From contig DLCF01000054.1 of NCBI GenBank assembly GCA_002480485.1, positions 10,569 through 74,568 of the forward strand: a stretch of 64,000 bases of DNA. Reading direction: 5' to 3'. Every line of letters begins with the position of its first letter. Position 1 is the stretch's first letter. The notes under the pieces are model-generated. The model was not told the origin of the DNA and did no database searches. It saw only the letters and a program-made list of their open reading frames with translations. Positions 44,581 to 54,548 of the stretch are shown in pieces. The position numbers and the translations under genes were made by a program. The DNA comes from Planctomycetaceae bacterium UBA7805 (lineage in GTDB: Bacteria > Planctomycetota > Planctomycetia > Pirellulales > UBA7805).

Positions 44581-46494
44581 ATGGCTCAAGGTGAAAAAAT
44601 AATTGGAATTGATCTCGGTACCACCAACTCGGTCGTCGCTGTGATGGAGGGAAAAGAGGCGAAGGTGATCGCTAATGCCGAGGGCAATCGTCTTACCCCG
44701 AGTGTGGTTGCCTACACCGATAAGGGTGAGACGCTGGTCGGGGAGCCGGCTCGCCGACAGGCAGTCACCAACCCGACGCGCACAATCTCGTCCATCAAGC
44801 GGTTTATGGGTCGCCGGCACGACGAGGTCGAAAGCGAAGAAAAGATGGTGCCCTACGAAATTACAGGTGGGCCGGAAGACTACGTGAAAATCAAAGTCGG
44901 GGATAAAGAGTACACCCCGCCGGAAATCTCGGCACTCGTATTACGCAAGCTCAAGGAGTCAGCGGAAGCCTACTTGGGTCACAAGGTTAACAAAGCGGTC
45001 ATCACCGTTCCGGCATATTTTAATGACTCCCAGCGACAGGCAACGCAGGATGCAGGGCAGATTGCGGGCCTAGAGGTAGAACGAATTGTCAATGAGCCAA
45101 CAGCCGCTGCACTCGCGTATGGATTGGAAAAAGATAAGAACGAGAAGATTGTCGTCTACGATCTGGGTGGTGGAACATTCGATGTTTCAGTGCTGGAGTT
45201 GGCCGACGGTGTCTTTCAAGTGATGAGCACGAACGGTGATACGCATCTCGGTGGTGACGATTTCGACGAAGTTCTGATTAATCACGTCGCGGATGATTTC
45301 AAAAAAGAACAAGGTATCGATCTGAGAAGCGATTCGATGGCGTTGCAGCGACTGCAGGAGGCATGTGAAAAGGCGAAGAAGGAACTCAGCTCTGCACAGC
45401 AGACCGACATCAATCTGCCATTCATTACAGCCGATGCCAGTGGCCCCAAGCACCTACAAATGAGCATTTCTCGAGTCGATTTCGAGAAGTTGGTCGATCC
45501 GCTTGTAGAGCGAACTAAAGGACCGGTGGAAAATGCGTTGCGTGATGCAAAACTGTCGGCGAGTGACATCGATGAAGTGGTCCTTGTCGGTGGATCCACG
45601 CGGATTCCGAAAGTTCAGGAACTGGTCACAAAGATCTTCAACAAAGAGCCTCATAAGGGCGTGAATCCCGACGAGGTGGTCGCCGTGGGGGCTGCGATTC
45701 AGGGCGGCGTCCTCGCGGGTGACGTGAAAGATGTGTTGCTGCTCGATGTCACGCCGCTCTCTTTGGGCATCGAAACACTCGGTGGTGTATTCACCAAGCT
45801 TGTCGAGCGGAACACTACGATACCGACAGAGCGAAAGCAGACATTCAGCACGGCAGAGGACAATCAATCGGCAGTCACGGTTCGCGTCTTCCAAGGCGAG
45901 CGAGAGATGGCTGAAGACAATCGGTTACTCGGCCAATTCAATTTGGATGGCATTCCACCCGCACCACGGGGGATTCCACAGATCGAAGTAAAGTTTGACA
46001 TAGACCGCAACGGCATCCTCAATGTTTCGGCAAAAGATGTGAACTCAGGTAAAGAGCAAACGGTCACGATCGAGCAATCAAGCGGACTAGATGAAGATAA
46101 GATCGATCAGATGCGCAAAGATGCGGAATCGCATGCCGAAGAGGATCGTAAGAAGCGTGAGTTGGTCGAGACCCGCAACAAAGCGGAGGCGATGTGCTTC
46201 GAACTCGAAAAGATGATTAAAGACAACGAAGACAAGCTCTCTGATGCGGATAAAGAACCGCTCGTCGATGCAATCGCAAAAACACGCGATGTGGCAAATG
46301 GCGATGATATCGAGGCAACCAAGGCGTCAATCACCGAGTTAGAGCAAGCGTCCCACGCATTAAGCAAAACGCTTTACGATTCATCAGCGCAGGCGGCTCC
46401 GGAAGGGGCAGCACAAGCTGGATCGGCATCCGGCGATGCCTCGGCGGGGTCGGATGACGTTATCGACGCTGATTTCGAAGTGAAAGATTCGTAA
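44581..46494 (+). CDS. dnaK: Molecular chaperone DnaK (Hsp70)
   Basis: [32 protein letters not shown] 44581 gives the canonical N-terminus. Confidence 0.95.
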   Translation: MAQGEKIIGIDLGTTNSVVAVMEGKEAKVIANAEGNRLTPSVVAYTDKGETLVGEPARRQAVTNPTRTISSIKRFMGRRHDEVESEEKMVPYEITGGPEDYVKIKVGDKEYTPPEISALVLRKLKESAEAYLGHKVNKAVITVPAYFNDSQRQATQDAGQIAGLEVERIVNEPTAAALAYGLEKDKNEKIVVYDLGGGTFDVSVLELADGVFQVMSTNGDTHLGGDDFDEVLINHVADDFKKEQGIDLRSDSMALQRLQEACEKAKKELSSAQQTDINLPFITADASGPKHLQMSISRVDFEKLVDPLVERTKGPVENALRDAKLSASDIDEVVLVGGSTRIPKVQELVTKIFNKEPHKGVNPDEVVAVGAAIQGGVLAGDVKDVLLLDVTPLSLGIETLGGVFTKLVERNTTIPTERKQTFSTAEDNQSAVTVRVFQGEREMAEDNRLLGQFNLDGIPPAPRGIPQIEVKFDIDRNGILNVSAKDVNSGKEQTVTIEQSSGLDEDKIDQMRKDAESHAEEDRKKRELVETRNKAEAMCFELEKMIKDNEDKLSDADKEPLVDAIAKTRDVANGDDIEATKASITELEQASHALSKTLYDSSAQAAPEGAAQAGSASGDASAGSDDVIDADFEVKDS

Positions 46495-46603
46495 TCGCTC
46501 GGCAGCATGCCCCCGCGCATTGGACTGGCAAATTGTCTGTTCGGAGGCGTGCACTGCTGCGCTAATGGTCGGGTCCTGTAAATAAACGTAACAGCACAAA
46601 ATT

Positions 46604-49279
46604 ATGGCAATTCCTATCGATAAATTGACAATCAAGGCCCAGGAGGCGTTGCAGGCGTCTCAGCAAATGACAATGGCGGCCGGCAATCCGGAGGTGACAA
46701 CTGTGCACCTGCTGGCGGCGCTTCTAGGGCAAGAAGATGGGGTCGTTAATCCGATCATCGATCGAATTGGTGCTAATCGAGGCCAACTCGAGACAATCGT
46801 GCAGGGTGATCTGCAACAACTTCCCCGTTCCGCTGGTAGTCAGCCGCCGATTTCGCAGGGATTGCAGAGCGTGATCACCGCAGCGCAGCGCGAAGCGGCG
46901 ATTATGAAAGACGAATATCTTTCAACCGAGCATCTTTTTCTGGCACTGGCGAAAGATGACGAGAAAACAAAATCGCTCCTGGAACTCTGTGCCATCACTG
47001 CGGATGACATCCTCAAGGCGTTGCAGGCAGTGCGGGGTAGCACGCGGGTAACGGATCAGAATCCCGAGGAAAAATTTCAGGCGCTCGAGCGTTATGGCAT
47101 CGACCTTGTTGAGCGGGCGCGACAAGACAAACTTGATCCTGTAATCGGACGAGATGAAGAGATACGTCGCGTAATTCAAGTGCTCTCTCGGAGAACCAAG
47201 AACAATCCGGTTCTGATCGGGGAACCCGGGGTTGGTAAAACGGCGATCGCAGAAGGATTAGCGGTACGGATTGTACAGGCGGATGTACCCCAAAGTTTAA
47301 AAAATAAACGCGTGGTTGCCTTGGATATGGGGGCCCTGATTGCCGGAACCAAATTCCGGGGCGAGTTTGAAGAGCGATTGAAGGCAGTTCTGCGTGAGGT
47401 ACAAGATGCCGCCGGTGGGGTCATTCTCTTTATTGACGAACTGCACACTGTTGTCGGTGCGGGAGCGGCCGAGGGTGGCAGCGATGCAGCCAACCTGCTC
47501 AAGCCGGCGTTGGCCCGCGGGGATCTACGATGTATTGGCGCTACAACACTCGATGAATATCGGAAATACATCGAGAAGGATGCGGCACTCGAGCGAAGGT
47601 TTCAGCCGGTCTTCGTAGGCGAGCCCTCGGTCGAGGATACGATTGCCATTCTTCGTGGACTTAAGCCACGATATGAGGCACATCATAAAGGCGTCAAAAT
47701 TAAAGATTCTGCGCTTGTATCGGCAGCCGAGCTTTCCAATCGCTACATCACAGATCGATTCCTTCCCGATAAAGCAATTGATCTCGTGGATGAGGCGGCG
47801 AGCCGTTTGGCTATGGAACTCGAAAGTGTGCCACAAGAAATTGATGAGGTTCAGCGGCGTCTAACGCAACTCGAACTTTCACAGCGGCAACTCACGGAAG
47901 AGACAGAGAGCCATGCCAAGGAAAAGCTTGCCGAAATAGAGGCGGAAATGGAATCGTTACGAAGAGAGCGGGCCAGCCTCCGAGAGCAGTGGGAAGCAGA
48001 AAAATCAGGGCTCGGTAACGTGCAGCAGGTCCGCGAAGAGTTGGTTAAGCTGGAGCATGAATTTGAACGTCGCGATGCAGAAATCAAAGCGGTTTCTGCC
48101 TCCGGCGCGGCAGTCTCTGAGCAAGACTATCAACGGCTTTACGAGTTGGATGTGCAAAAGAAAGATCTGCAGCGGCGACTCGAAGAACTGGAGCGAGCAC
48201 AGAGTGATGCACCCGATGCAAATGATACAACATCAGACACAGTCAAGCGGTTATTGCGACAAGAGGTCACAGAAGATGAAATTGCGCGGGTCGTTTCGGT
48301 CTGGACTGGCATTCCAGTCACCCGCATGATGGAAACCGAGCGCGCGAAGTTGCTCGTAATGGAGGAACGGATCCATCAGCGAGTAATCGGGCAGCAGGAG
48401 GCAGTGGAAGCCGTTTCGAATGCGGTCCGACGAAGTCGCTCTGGATTGCAAGATCCAAATCGTCCGATTGGCTCTTTTCTGATGCTTGGTCCCACAGGCG
48501 TTGGTAAAACCGAGCTTTGCAAAGCCCTTGCTGAAATTTTATTCGATAGCGAATCCGCAATGGTCCGCATTGACATGAGCGAATATATGGAGCGGCATGC
48601 CGTGAGCCGTTTAATTGGAGCGCCACCCGGCTATGTGGGCTATGAGGAAGGTGGAGCCCTCACTGAAGCTGTGCGGCGTCGACCTTATTGTGTGGTGCTG
48701 CTTGATGAAATTGAAAAAGCTCATCGTGATGTCTTCAATATTTTGCTGCAGGTTCTCGATGACGGCAGATTAACCGATAATCAGGGGCATACGGTTGATT
48801 TCACCAATACACTCGTCATCATGACTAGCAATGTTGGAAGTCAGATGATTCAGGAGATCGGTCAAAGCGGGGGTGGAGATGACGAAATTCGAGAAGCTGT
48901 CAATGAGTCCTTGCGTGCGCACTTCCTTCCGGAGTTTTTAAATCGGATTGATGAAACGATTGTGTTTCACCCGTTACGCAGGGAAGACATTCAAAAGATT
49001 GTGGACCTGCAAATCGCATTGCTGAAGAAACGTTTAGCCAGTCAGCATCTCAATTTACATCTCACCGAAGATGCAAAAAAACAGCTAGCGGCCGAAGGAT
49101 ATGATCCGGCATTTGGCGCCCGACCGCTTCGAAGAGTCATTCAACAGCGTATCGAGAATCCGCTGGCAACGGAGATTCTCAAAGGTACGTTTGGTGAGGG
49201 CACAGATATTGCAATCGACTACGCCGATGACGATTTCATCTTTCAGGAATCAAGCAGGCCGACTGCCGACATCGGTTAG
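46604..49279 (+). CDS. clpB: ATP-dependent chaperone ClpB
   Basis: Clp_N repeats, two Walker A motifs ([18 protein letters not shown]), and a long coiled-coil M domain between the NBDs. Confidence 0.95.
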   Translation: MAIPIDKLTIKAQEALQASQQMTMAAGNPEVTTVHLLAALLGQEDGVVNPIIDRIGANRGQLETIVQGDLQQLPRSAGSQPPISQGLQSVITAAQREAAIMKDEYLSTEHLFLALAKDDEKTKSLLELCAITADDILKALQAVRGSTRVTDQNPEEKFQALERYGIDLVERARQDKLDPVIGRDEEIRRVIQVLSRRTKNNPVLIGEPGVGKTAIAEGLAVRIVQADVPQSLKNKRVVALDMGALIAGTKFRGEFEERLKAVLREVQDAAGGVILFIDELHTVVGAGAAEGGSDAANLLKPALARGDLRCIGATTLDEYRKYIEKDAALERRFQPVFVGEPSVEDTIAILRGLKPRYEAHHKGVKIKDSALVSAAELSNRYITDRFLPDKAIDLVDEAASRLAMELESVPQEIDEVQRRLTQLELSQRQLTEETESHAKEKLAEIEAEMESLRRERASLREQWEAEKSGLGNVQQVREELVKLEHEFERRDAEIKAVSASGAAVSEQDYQRLYELDVQKKDLQRRLEELERAQSDAPDANDTTSDTVKRLLRQEVTEDEIARVVSVWTGIPVTRMMETERAKLLVMEERIHQRVIGQQEAVEAVSNAVRRSRSGLQDPNRPIGSFLMLGPTGVGKTELCKALAEILFDSESAMVRIDMSEYMERHAVSRLIGAPPGYVGYEEGGALTEAVRRRPYCVVLLDEIEKAHRDVFNILLQVLDDGRLTDNQGHTVDFTNTLVIMTSNVGSQMIQEIGQSGGGDDEIREAVNESLRAHFLPEFLNRIDETIVFHPLRREDIQKIVDLQIALLKKRLASQHLNLHLTEDAKKQLAAEGYDPAFGARPLRRVIQQRIENPLATEILKGTFGEGTDIAIDYADDDFIFQESSRPTADIG

Positions 49280-49330
49280 GCTTCGCTGCTTGCAGGCATG
49301 CCGTTTGGCTGCAGCGGTTGCTCTCTCGTG

Positions 49331-49516
49331 TTATCGCTGCTCGAGCCCCAACCGCTCAATGATCACAGGCGCTCCGGGCGTAAGGTCCCTGATTTTTGTC
49401 GCGATGTGCTGCTTTTCAGATACCGTGGCCTTCTCCGCACGGGCTGATAGCTTGGCTAACTTTTTTCGGCGGTGTCGCCGACGATTAATTTCTTTTCGAC
49501 GTTCGCTGCATCCCAC
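49331..49516 (-). CDS. Small (61-aa) highly basic hypothetical protein
   Basis: GTG at 49516 is preceded by AGGAGG with a 7-nt spacer. Product is VGCSERRKEINRRRHRRKKLAKLSARAEK...PVIIERLGLEQR. The longer track ORF to 49684 has no SD at its ATGs. Confidence 0.45.
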   Translation of the reverse strand: MGCSERRKEINRRRHRRKKLAKLSARAEKATVSEKQHIATKIRDLTPGAPVIIERLGLEQR

Positions 49517-49690
49517 GTGGGAACCTCCTGATTCGTTGCTCGATGATCGATTATGATAGGTACCGGTGGGCACCATCGCTTGATTTTGCCCGACCGTAAT
49601 AGTGCTAACCGTTAATCGTACCCGAGAGGCGCGTAGCGTCAATAGAGTAGGGTCACGCGGGGTAGGAATCATTTCCGGAGTCAATTGACG

Positions 49691-49999
49691 ATGTATTTAA
49701 TGGAATTCAGCATCACGCCAATGGACCAGGGGCAGAGCGTTAGTGCGTTCGTGGCTCGCTGCGTTGAACTTGTGGACCGCAGTGGTTTGGATTACCGGTT
49801 GCATGCAATGGGTACGGTCGTCGAAGGTGATTTAGAACCGCTATTAAGACTTTTAAAACAATCATTTGAAGCATTACAAAGTGATAGTGAGCGTATTTCC
49901 TGTTCCGTAAAATTTGATTATCGTCATGCGAAGAAAGGACGACTGACGTCCAAGGTCGATAGCGTTGAAGCAAAAGTCGGCCACAGTCTAAAAAAGTGA
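49691..49999 (+). CDS. MTH1187/YkoF-family (UPF0045) thiamine-binding-like protein
   Basis: MEFSITPMDQGQSVSAFVARCVELV...YRLHAMGTVVEGD matches the pattern of the family. The track start at 49685 is TTG. Confidence 0.7.
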   Translation: MYLMEFSITPMDQGQSVSAFVARCVELVDRSGLDYRLHAMGTVVEGDLEPLLRLLKQSFEALQSDSERISCSVKFDYRHAKKGRLTSKVDSVEAKVGHSLKK

Positions 50000-50033
50000 G
50001 TTTCATTTGGTTCCCATTCAGAAAGTATTTTCC

Positions 50034-50522
50034 ATGGATTTAAATGCTCCAGAGCCTGTAATTCCTCCCATTCTTGGAAAAGTGCCCAGCGGCATTTATA
50101 TCCTTACGGCCCGACACGGCCATGATAATACAGGGATGCTCGCCAGTTGGGTGATGCAATCCGGTTTTCAACCTCCGATGGTCACGGTGGCCGTTAACAA
50201 GAGTCGATATCTGGCGGAATGGATCCAGCAGGGAACTTGTTTTGCGCTCAACGTGGTAGCGGAAGACGGGAAAAAGTTACTCGGACACTTTGGCAGGGGA
50301 TTCGATGTGGGTGTTCCTGCCTTTGAGGGTCTACAATGTTCCGAACACGAGACCGGCGTAATGCTCTTGGAAGAGGGTGTCGTAGGTCATTTTGTATGCG
50401 AGCCGAAACATTATTCGGAGTCGGGAGATCACTTAATCGCTGTTGCTGAGGTCGTTGATGGCAGGACAATAAGTGAATCAAGCCCCATGGTACATATTCG
50501 AAAACGAGGAGACACTTATTGA
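50034..50522 (+). CDS. Flavin reductase-like (Flavin_Reduct) domain protein
   Basis: GIYILTARHGHDNTGMLASWVMQSGFQPPMVTVAV and GDHLIAVAEVV. ATG 50034 is used because the track start at 50007 is TTG. Confidence 0.75.
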   Translation: MDLNAPEPVIPPILGKVPSGIYILTARHGHDNTGMLASWVMQSGFQPPMVTVAVNKSRYLAEWIQQGTCFALNVVAEDGKKLLGHFGRGFDVGVPAFEGLQCSEHETGVMLLEEGVVGHFVCEPKHYSESGDHLIAVAEVVDGRTISESSPMVHIRKRGDTY

Positions 50523-50604
50523 GATTAGCGCGTGACATCAGTGAGCGGGGCAAGACAGCAATGAAATTTCAGGGCCCACGAATCGCTCCACGCACGAGGT
50601 TTGA

Positions 50605-50624
50605 CCGAAAAATAATTTTTTCGG
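50605..50624. terminator. Weak AT-rich hairpin between convergent genes (possible bidirectional terminator)
   Basis: CCGAAAAA-TAAT-TTTTTCGG, an 8-bp stem with a 4-nt loop. T-rich sequence follows on the plus strand. Confidence 0.3.
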
Positions 50625-50683
50625 AAGCAGTTCTTTTTGATCCTCGAGAGGACAAGATTTTACGTCAAATGTGAACTCGTAAT

Positions 50684-52015
50684 TCATTGAACGGACGTAA
50701 ATCGAATCGGTGATGACTCGATAAAATCTATAATTTTTTCAGCGGCAACACGATTGCCTTTTGCGCTCGGATGAATCAGGTCAATCCAGTTGTTTCTATT
50801 CTCCTTCAAGGCATCGGATAGATCGAGGTAGCCAATTGAGTTATCGGGATCCGCCTGCTTTGCCAATTCAGCAAATCTTTCACGCAGTTTTGAGTAATGC
50901 ACAGAAGGATGCCCATTTGCGAAAGCTAATCTCGAGTAAGTCGGTACCATGGTTGGATCAAATGGATTGTCGGGATCGGCATAATGGAAGGGCTGTAAAA
51001 CATGGAGTACGGGAATGTTGTATTGCTTGGCAATCAAATCAACAAGTTGAGAATACTTGGCATGTTCGTCAATTCCAAATTTGACAATCTCCTCGTAACT
51101 TTGTGGGTCTGTTGCAAATGTTTTCGCCTCAATTGATGAGGTCTCTGATCCGACGGATGTCCCCAATTGGACGATTTTAGCCACGCGGTTTCGTTCTTTG
51201 TCCCAGTGCATGTACCGCAGCTTGTTGTAAATCGCAGAGTGTGCCAGCAGGCTTTTCGGATCGTAATTTGCCTCGAACATCAAAAGTCCGTAGAGCGCAA
51301 GAATCTGCTCAGTCGTTTGTTTTTGAAAAATTGGTAGGTAAAAAAGACCCGAAGGAAAATCCGGGGGCAGCGCTGTCTGATAGGCAAGCGTATTTCCCAG
51401 TGGAACCATAATTTCATTGAATCCATCGTAGGTAATAATGCCGTCCAGATGCTGAATGATGCGCGAAATCAAAAAAAATTGTTGGGGATAGTGCCAACCG
51501 GGAATTCCCAGATTAACGATTCGGAATTTGGTATTACTTTTTGATCGCGAATTGAAGAGTTCTTCCAGGTGACTTGCCAGCGTATCCTGGTTGCCATCGA
51601 CCTCCCACCCAAATGCTGCCGACCCGCCGAAAAGCCCGATCACGATTACATCATCAGGCACATTGTTAACATCGAATTCGCGGGAATTACGAAATCCATT
51701 CTGGTCGGTCTCCAGATGCCAGCCCAACGGGGCAGCGTCTAATTTCGTTTGCATCGTATGACCAAAGAATGGGTGGATCCTACAAACCTTTTGAGTGGCC
51801 TGATTGGTTTGGGAAGCAAGCAGCCTTTGCGCGGCAGTCTTGCTTTTTGTCATTTCATCAACATTTCTTCGAAGCGATTCTTTAAATATCAGCCCAATAA
51901 AAATGTCAGCTCCAAAAGTCGCTGCCACAGTCACGATAATAAAAATGACAATCCGTGTTAGTAAATTATTTTTGAATCGGATTTTCACCTGGCTCGCCCA
52001 TGTTTCGTCGCGCAA
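50684..52015 (-). CDS. Membrane-anchored SGNH/DltD-like hydrolase or O-acyltransferase
   Basis: N-terminal TM segment IVIFIIVTVAATFGADIFIGLIF. SGNH-like blocks are IGLFGGSAAFGW (Ser block), DGFNE and WIDLIHPSAKGN (DxxH). Confidence 0.55.
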   Translation of the reverse strand: MRDETWASQVKIRFKNNLLTRIVIFIIVTVAATFGADIFIGLIFKESLRRNVDEMTKSKTAAQRLLASQTNQATQKVCRIHPFFGHTMQTKLDAAPLGWHLETDQNGFRNSREFDVNNVPDDVIVIGLFGGSAAFGWEVDGNQDTLASHLEELFNSRSKSNTKFRIVNLGIPGWHYPQQFFLISRIIQHLDGIITYDGFNEIMVPLGNTLAYQTALPPDFPSGLFYLPIFQKQTTEQILALYGLLMFEANYDPKSLLAHSAIYNKLRYMHWDKERNRVAKIVQLGTSVGSETSSIEAKTFATDPQSYEEIVKFGIDEHAKYSQLVDLIAKQYNIPVLHVLQPFHYADPDNPFDPTMVPTYSRLAFANGHPSVHYSKLRERFAELAKQADPDNSIGYLDLSDALKENRNNWIDLIHPSAKGNRVAAEKIIDFIESSPIRFTSVQ

Positions 52016-52023
52016 GATTTTGC

Positions 52024-52258
52024 GACAGAGGATAAGAAACGTCAGAAAACAAAGTATAGTTTAAGGTCGGGGGTCACGCAATCAGAACGACTATCTTCGA
52101 ACCAGAAAGTGATTTGAAATTTATCGCCAGAGGTAAATTTAATGCTGCGGAAATTTACGTCAGGAATGCATGCGTCATTAGATAGTGTACAGCAAGGTAT
52201 ATCAACGCATGGCATGTAGTCTGATCAGTTCGTAAACATTGTATTTTTATCCTCTGTC
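52024..52258. repeat. AT-rich 235-bp intergenic element closed by a perfect 12-bp inverted repeat
   Basis: GACAGAGGATAA at 52024..52035 and TTATCCTCTGTC at 52247..52258. Inside are three AAATTTA copies (52117, 52135, 52151) and the hairpin GTAAATTT-N10-AAATTTAC (52133..52158). Confidence 0.5.
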
Positions 52259-52332
52259 CGATCCCATGCGAGATGCCTGACCTGCATGACAAATCGGTAC
52301 AAGAGATGGCATGATCTCGCCAGAACAGATCG

Positions 52333-53181
52333 CTAGGCGGGTCGTGATAGAAATCCGATTTCAAGACGCACGAGTCGCTCTACCAGGATTTGCACTGACT
52401 GTTTATCGCAAGGGCTCGACGGATTGAGCATCTCCCTCAGCAGCGTCGTAACGGATGATGTTGGCCCAACGTAGCAATCGCTTATTTGACGCGAAAATTC
52501 GCGGTTATTTCCGACAGTGCTTGCCAGATCGTCGTTTGTCATTTCCATAAACAGGCCGGCAAGGCGACATGTATCGGCATATATCAGCGCCTCATCGTCG
52601 ATTTCATTCTTTATGCGGCGGGCATGACCGACAGTGGACAGAGTGAGGTGGCCGTCCGGCTCGATTTGCAAATTATCTGCATGAAGGCGTGGCGTCGACC
52701 ACCCACGCGCGTGAAGGGCAGCGACTGCTTGGGCGGCTTGCCGAAGGAGCCAAAGTGCGTTGTAAAGTTCGAGCTTACCTCGGTTGTGCAGCACCGTACG
52801 CAGTGTGTCACCGGGAAGACGTGGTGTAACGATAAAGTAAGGCGGGTTTTCGAGATGAACATCAAGCACCGGCAGCAGGTGCGGACTGCTAAGTTGCTGA
52901 CTGATATGAAACTCTCGCTGTAGTAGGGAAAGAGCAGATGCTGAATTTGGATCGGCTGGTGTATGCAGCAGATAATCAAAGTGGGTGGGTGTGCCCGCCG
53001 GTGCTGCTTGAAATTGCAAAAGGGAATGCTCAGGTCCTGCCGATGTAATCGATCGATCTAACTGCCAATCGCCGATCACTGAATCATCACCGAGCTGCTC
53101 GCGTTGGTTGGTGTCTGTGACCGTATCTTGCGGGAGGTGGATCTTCATCTGCTTTGCGATGCGTCCTGGTCTGTGATTCAT
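52333..53181 (-). CDS. Protein-kinase-like protein with degenerate catalytic motifs (predicted pseudokinase)
   Basis: Aligns without gaps to the catalytic core of the kinase at 10500: HARGWSTPRLHADNLQIEPDGHLTLSTVGHARR versus [33 protein letters not shown]. HRD becomes TPR, DFG becomes TVG, and there is no VAIK lysine. Confidence 0.5.
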   Translation of the reverse strand: MNHRPGRIAKQMKIHLPQDTVTDTNQREQLGDDSVIGDWQLDRSITSAGPEHSLLQFQAAPAGTPTHFDYLLHTPADPNSASALSLLQREFHISQQLSSPHLLPVLDVHLENPPYFIVTPRLPGDTLRTVLHNRGKLELYNALWLLRQAAQAVAALHARGWSTPRLHADNLQIEPDGHLTLSTVGHARRIKNEIDDEALIYADTCRLAGLFMEMTNDDLASTVGNNREFSRQISDCYVGPTSSVTTLLREMLNPSSPCDKQSVQILVERLVRLEIGFLSRPA

Positions 53182-53407
53182 CGTGATGTTGATGTAACCG
53201 GGTGATTACGCCTATTTAAGGTAAAGTCGGTTACGGATGTGGTCGGAGTTGAGCCGTGTTGTGATAAATCTGCGCTTCGCGCGGCTCCTACTTCTGTCAT
53301 GGTGAACCCTTGCTGACGCTTGCCACCGCACCTAAAATCAATGCTTTTCCGAACTTATATCGCACTGCCGGTGTAGGGGCAAATTTCTGCAGCGAAAGGG
53401 GATTTTG

Positions 53408-54496
53408 ATGTCAAGCACGCTATCACGCACGGCTCTCATGGTCGCGATGCCACTTCTCTGTTTATTGCTTTCCGGTTGTAGTCAAAACAGCTCTGACAAC
53501 CCGGAGGCCGATGCACGACCGAAGGTTGCCTACATCACCAATGGGATCGCCTCGTTTTGGACTTTCGCAGAGAAGGGTGCGAAAGATGCCGCCCAGGAAT
53601 TCAACGCGGATGTCAATATTCAGATGCCCGCCAACGGAGTCGAAGATCAAAAACGTATTTGCCAGGATCTGTTAGCGCAAGGTATCGACGGTATTGCCAT
53701 CAGCCCGATTGACCCAGACAACCAGGGAGATTTGCTGACGGAAATCGGACAGCGAACAAATATGATTACACATGATTCAGATGCTCCTGGCAGCGAGCGA
53801 TTGTGCTATATCGGCATGGATAATTATACGGCGGGACGTATGTGCGGCGAGTTGGTAAAAGAGGCAATGCCCGAGGGTGGAAGCGTGATGATCTTCGTCG
53901 GTCGACTTGGTCAGGCCAATTCGCGACTCCGGCGTCAGGGTGTGATTGATGAATTGCTGGATCGTGAGCCCGATGAGAATCGTTACGATGAGCCGAGCGC
54001 TGGTGTTATTAAAGGTGAAAAGTACACCATTCTGGACACACGAACCGACGGGTTTGATTTTGGGAAGGCGAAGGCGCAGGCTCAAGATGCTGTTGCCAAA
54101 TATGATGACCTCGGGTGCATGGTCGGTTTATTTGCCTACAATCCGCCGTTGATGCTTGATGCAGTTCGGGAGGCTGGAAAAGTCGGAAAAATTAAAATCG
54201 TCGCGTTCGACGAGCACGACCGATCATTGCAGGCCATCAACGATAAAGAAATCTATGGCACGGTTGTGCAAAATCCTTATAAGTACGGTTACGAATCGGT
54301 TCGCGTTCTGGCGGGCCTTGCCCGGGGTGATTCATCGGTGATTCCTGAAAATAAGATCCTCTACATACCTGCCCGCCAGATCCGTAACGATAATGTGGCA
54401 GCTTTTCAGGCGGAATTGCAAAGACTTTTATCAACCGAAGAATCAGAAGGCACGACGAACGTCGTTTCAGAACCAGCAGGTGATGAATCTCCGTAG
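53408..54496 (+). CDS. Sugar ABC transporter substrate-binding lipoprotein (RbsB/periplasmic binding protein type I)
   Basis: Lipobox LLLSGC. PBP1 pattern includes [12 protein letters not shown] and [15 protein letters not shown] 53408 has AAAGGGGA upstream. Confidence 0.85.
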   Translation: MSSTLSRTALMVAMPLLCLLLSGCSQNSSDNPEADARPKVAYITNGIASFWTFAEKGAKDAAQEFNADVNIQMPANGVEDQKRICQDLLAQGIDGIAISPIDPDNQGDLLTEIGQRTNMITHDSDAPGSERLCYIGMDNYTAGRMCGELVKEAMPEGGSVMIFVGRLGQANSRLRRQGVIDELLDREPDENRYDEPSAGVIKGEKYTILDTRTDGFDFGKAKAQAQDAVAKYDDLGCMVGLFAYNPPLMLDAVREAGKVGKIKIVAFDEHDRSLQAINDKEIYGTVVQNPYKYGYESVRVLAGLARGDSSVIPENKILYIPARQIRNDNVAAFQAELQRLLSTEESEGTTNVVSEPAGDESP

Positions 54497-54548
54497 GTCA
54501 AAATGATTGAATGCGGCATCACCGGGAAATCAAACCGACCGGTCACCC

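Noticed and set aside
49517-49690. Possible TPP riboswitch upstream of the MTH1187/YkoF-like gene
   Set aside because: The region contains CCGAGAGG but lacks the CTGAGA ... ACCTGATCTGGATAATGCCAGCG core of the THI element.
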